From Devosiaceae bacterium (GTDB taxonomy: Bacteria; Pseudomonadota; Alphaproteobacteria; Rhizobiales; Devosiaceae), in the NCBI GenBank assembly GCA_035547975.1, contig DASZTU010000162.1:1-36296 (forward strand): a stretch of DNA of 36,296 nt, given 5' to 3'. The position numbers and the translations under genes are program-made. Of this stretch, positions 35,067 to 36,296 are shown piece by piece; the first letter of the stretch is position 1; each line of letters opens with the position of its first letter. The notes below the pieces were generated by a model, which saw only the letters and a program-made list of their open reading frames with translations, was not told the origin of the DNA and ran no database searches.

Positions 35067-36296
35067 GTGGCCGTAACCGAACACCAGATCGAGGCGCTGG
35101 AGAAAGCCTCGGCGATGGGCCGCGCCGGGGCGCTGCGCCGCTTCGGCACCGGTATGGGCCGGCGCCTGCTATGGCTCGTCGACGGCATCCGCCGGCTTCT
35201 CGCGCTGACGATATTTGCGAGCCTGACGCGGCGCATCGTTTTCCTCAATCTCGTCGGCCTCGCCGTCCTCATCGTCGGCATCCTCTACCTCAACCAGTGG
35301 CGCGCCGGGCTGATCGACGCCCGCGTGCAATCGCTGCGCGTCCAGGGCGAGATCATCGCCGCGGCGATCGCCGCCTCGGCGACCGTCGACAGCGACGTCA
35401 TCCAGGTCAATCCGGACCGGCTGCTGCAGCTCCAGTCGGGCGACAACGTCTCCCCGCTCTCCTTCTACGATCCGGCGCTCGAGTTCCCGATCAATCCGGA
35501 ACAGGTGGCCCCCCTGCTGCGGAACCTCGTGACCCCCACCGGCACGCGCGCCCGCATATACGACCAGGACGGGCTGATGATCCTCGACAGCGCCAACATC
35601 TATGCGCGCGGCGAGGTGCTGCGGCAGCTCAATCCACGCCAGCCGGCGACCGAGGCGAGCAACCCCGTCGCCGACTGGTGGAACAACCTGATGCGCTGGG
35701 TGCCGGGCGACGATTACCCGCTTTACAAGGACTATGGGGCCGACGAAGGCAAGCGCTACCCCGAGGTGGACGCGGCGCTGACCGGCCAGCCCGCCGACGT
35801 GGTGCGCGTCGATGATCACGGCAAGCTCGTGGTGTCGGTCGCCGTGCCCGTGCAGCGGCTGCGCGCCACGGTCGGGGCCCTGCTGCTGTCGACGGCACCG
35901 GGCGAAATCGATTCGATCGTTTCGGCCGAGCGCTGGGGGATCGTGCGCATCGGCCTCGTCGCGGCGGGCGTCATCATCCTGCTCTCGCTCTTTCTCGCCG
36001 GCACCATCGCCGGCCCGATGCGGCGCCTTTCGGCCGCGGCCGAAAAGGTCCAGTCCTCGATGTCGACGCGCGCCGAAATCCCCGATTTTACCGCCCGGCG
36101 CGATGAGATCGGCCACCTCTCGCGCGCCCTGCGCTCGATGACCTCGGCCCTCTACAACCGCATCGAGGGGATCGAGCGGTTTGCCGCCGACGTAGCGCAT
36201 GAGCTCAAAAATCCCCTGACCTCGCTCAAGAGCGCCGTCGAAACGCTGCCGCTCGCCAAGAAGCCCGAGGATCAGGAGCGGCTGAGCGCCATCATC
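35067..36296 (+). CDS. chvG: Sensor histidine kinase ChvG/ExoS (5' part, runs off the window)
   Basis: The frame is open from GTG 35067 (GGAAGGG RBS) to the window end, so it is absent from the ORF track. It has TM1 IVFLNLVGLAVLIVGILYL, a periplasmic domain, TM2 plus HAMP, and the H-box FAADVAHELKNPLTSL near 36180-36230. Confidence 0.9.
   Translation, partial: MAVTEHQIEALEKASAMGRAGALRRFGTGMGRRLLWLVDGIRRLLALTIFASLTRRIVFLNLVGLAVLIVGILYLNQWRAGLIDARVQSLRVQGEIIAAAIAASATVDSDVIQVNPDRLLQLQSGDNVSPLSFYDPALEFPINPEQVAPLLRNLVTPTGTRARIYDQDGLMILDSANIYARGEVLRQLNPRQPATEASNPVADWWNNLMRWVPGDDYPLYKDYGADEGKRYPEVDAALTGQPADVVRVDDHGKLVVSVAVPVQRLRATVGALLLSTAPGEIDSIVSAERWGIVRIGLVAAGVIILLSLFLAGTIAGPMRRLSAAAEKVQSSMSTRAEIPDFTARRDEIGHLSRALRSMTSALYNRIEGIERFAADVAHELKNPLTSLKSAVETLPLAKKPEDQERLSAII

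Overview
This is a 36.3-kb, roughly 65-67% GC window that reads as a gene-dense chromosomal core region of an alphaproteobacterium, most likely Hyphomicrobiales/Rhizobiales. The taxonomic pointers are a pckA gene divergent from chvI-chvG, a rhizobial-type pyruvate carboxylase, a DUF1127 mini-protein and a CtrA-type box. I support about 45 CDS.

Gene content in order:
- A small IclR-controlled catabolic cluster: LLM oxidoreductase, IclR, ABM, FAH hydrolase and SDR.
- A P-loop kinase-like gene, and two orphan periplasmic binding proteins (LivJ-like and glycine-betaine/ProX-like).
- A DUF442/TIGR01244 gene, pyc and a DUF1579 gene.
- A higB-higA toxin-antitoxin pair with a translationally coupled third ORF.
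- PilZ, DUF1232, ispG, YbaK/EbsC, ispA, rpmF and fumC.
- A frc-like sugar ABC operon plus an IolI-like TIM-barrel isomerase.
- An 8-kb stretch (about 23.5-31.4 kb) of poorly characterised genes: a secreted protein, an unknown ORF, dienelactone hydrolase, DUF1127, DUF1810, SlyX, a secreted Cys-containing protein coupled to a signal-peptide DsrE/COG1416 protein, an epimerase-like gene, a small membrane protein, HAD and a methyltransferase-like ORF.
- A SleB-type cell-wall hydrolase, pckA, chvI and the 5' part of chvG.

I found no rRNA, tRNA, CRISPR array, IS element, integrase or phage genes.

Many long ORFs in the track are antisense or alternate-frame artefacts of high GC and were rejected. 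Several track ORFs needed shorter starts. One real gene (DUF1127, 47 aa) is missing from the track because it falls below the size cutoff.

I do not see a compelling, clearly novel multi-gene system. The best candidates are the coupled periplasmic Cys-protein/DsrE-like pair, the three-gene higBA-plus-ORF3 unit with nested palindromes over the toxin start, and the AT-rich palindrome- and CtrA-box-bearing region upstream of sleB. All family calls come from motif recognition by eye and need HMM or BLAST confirmation.
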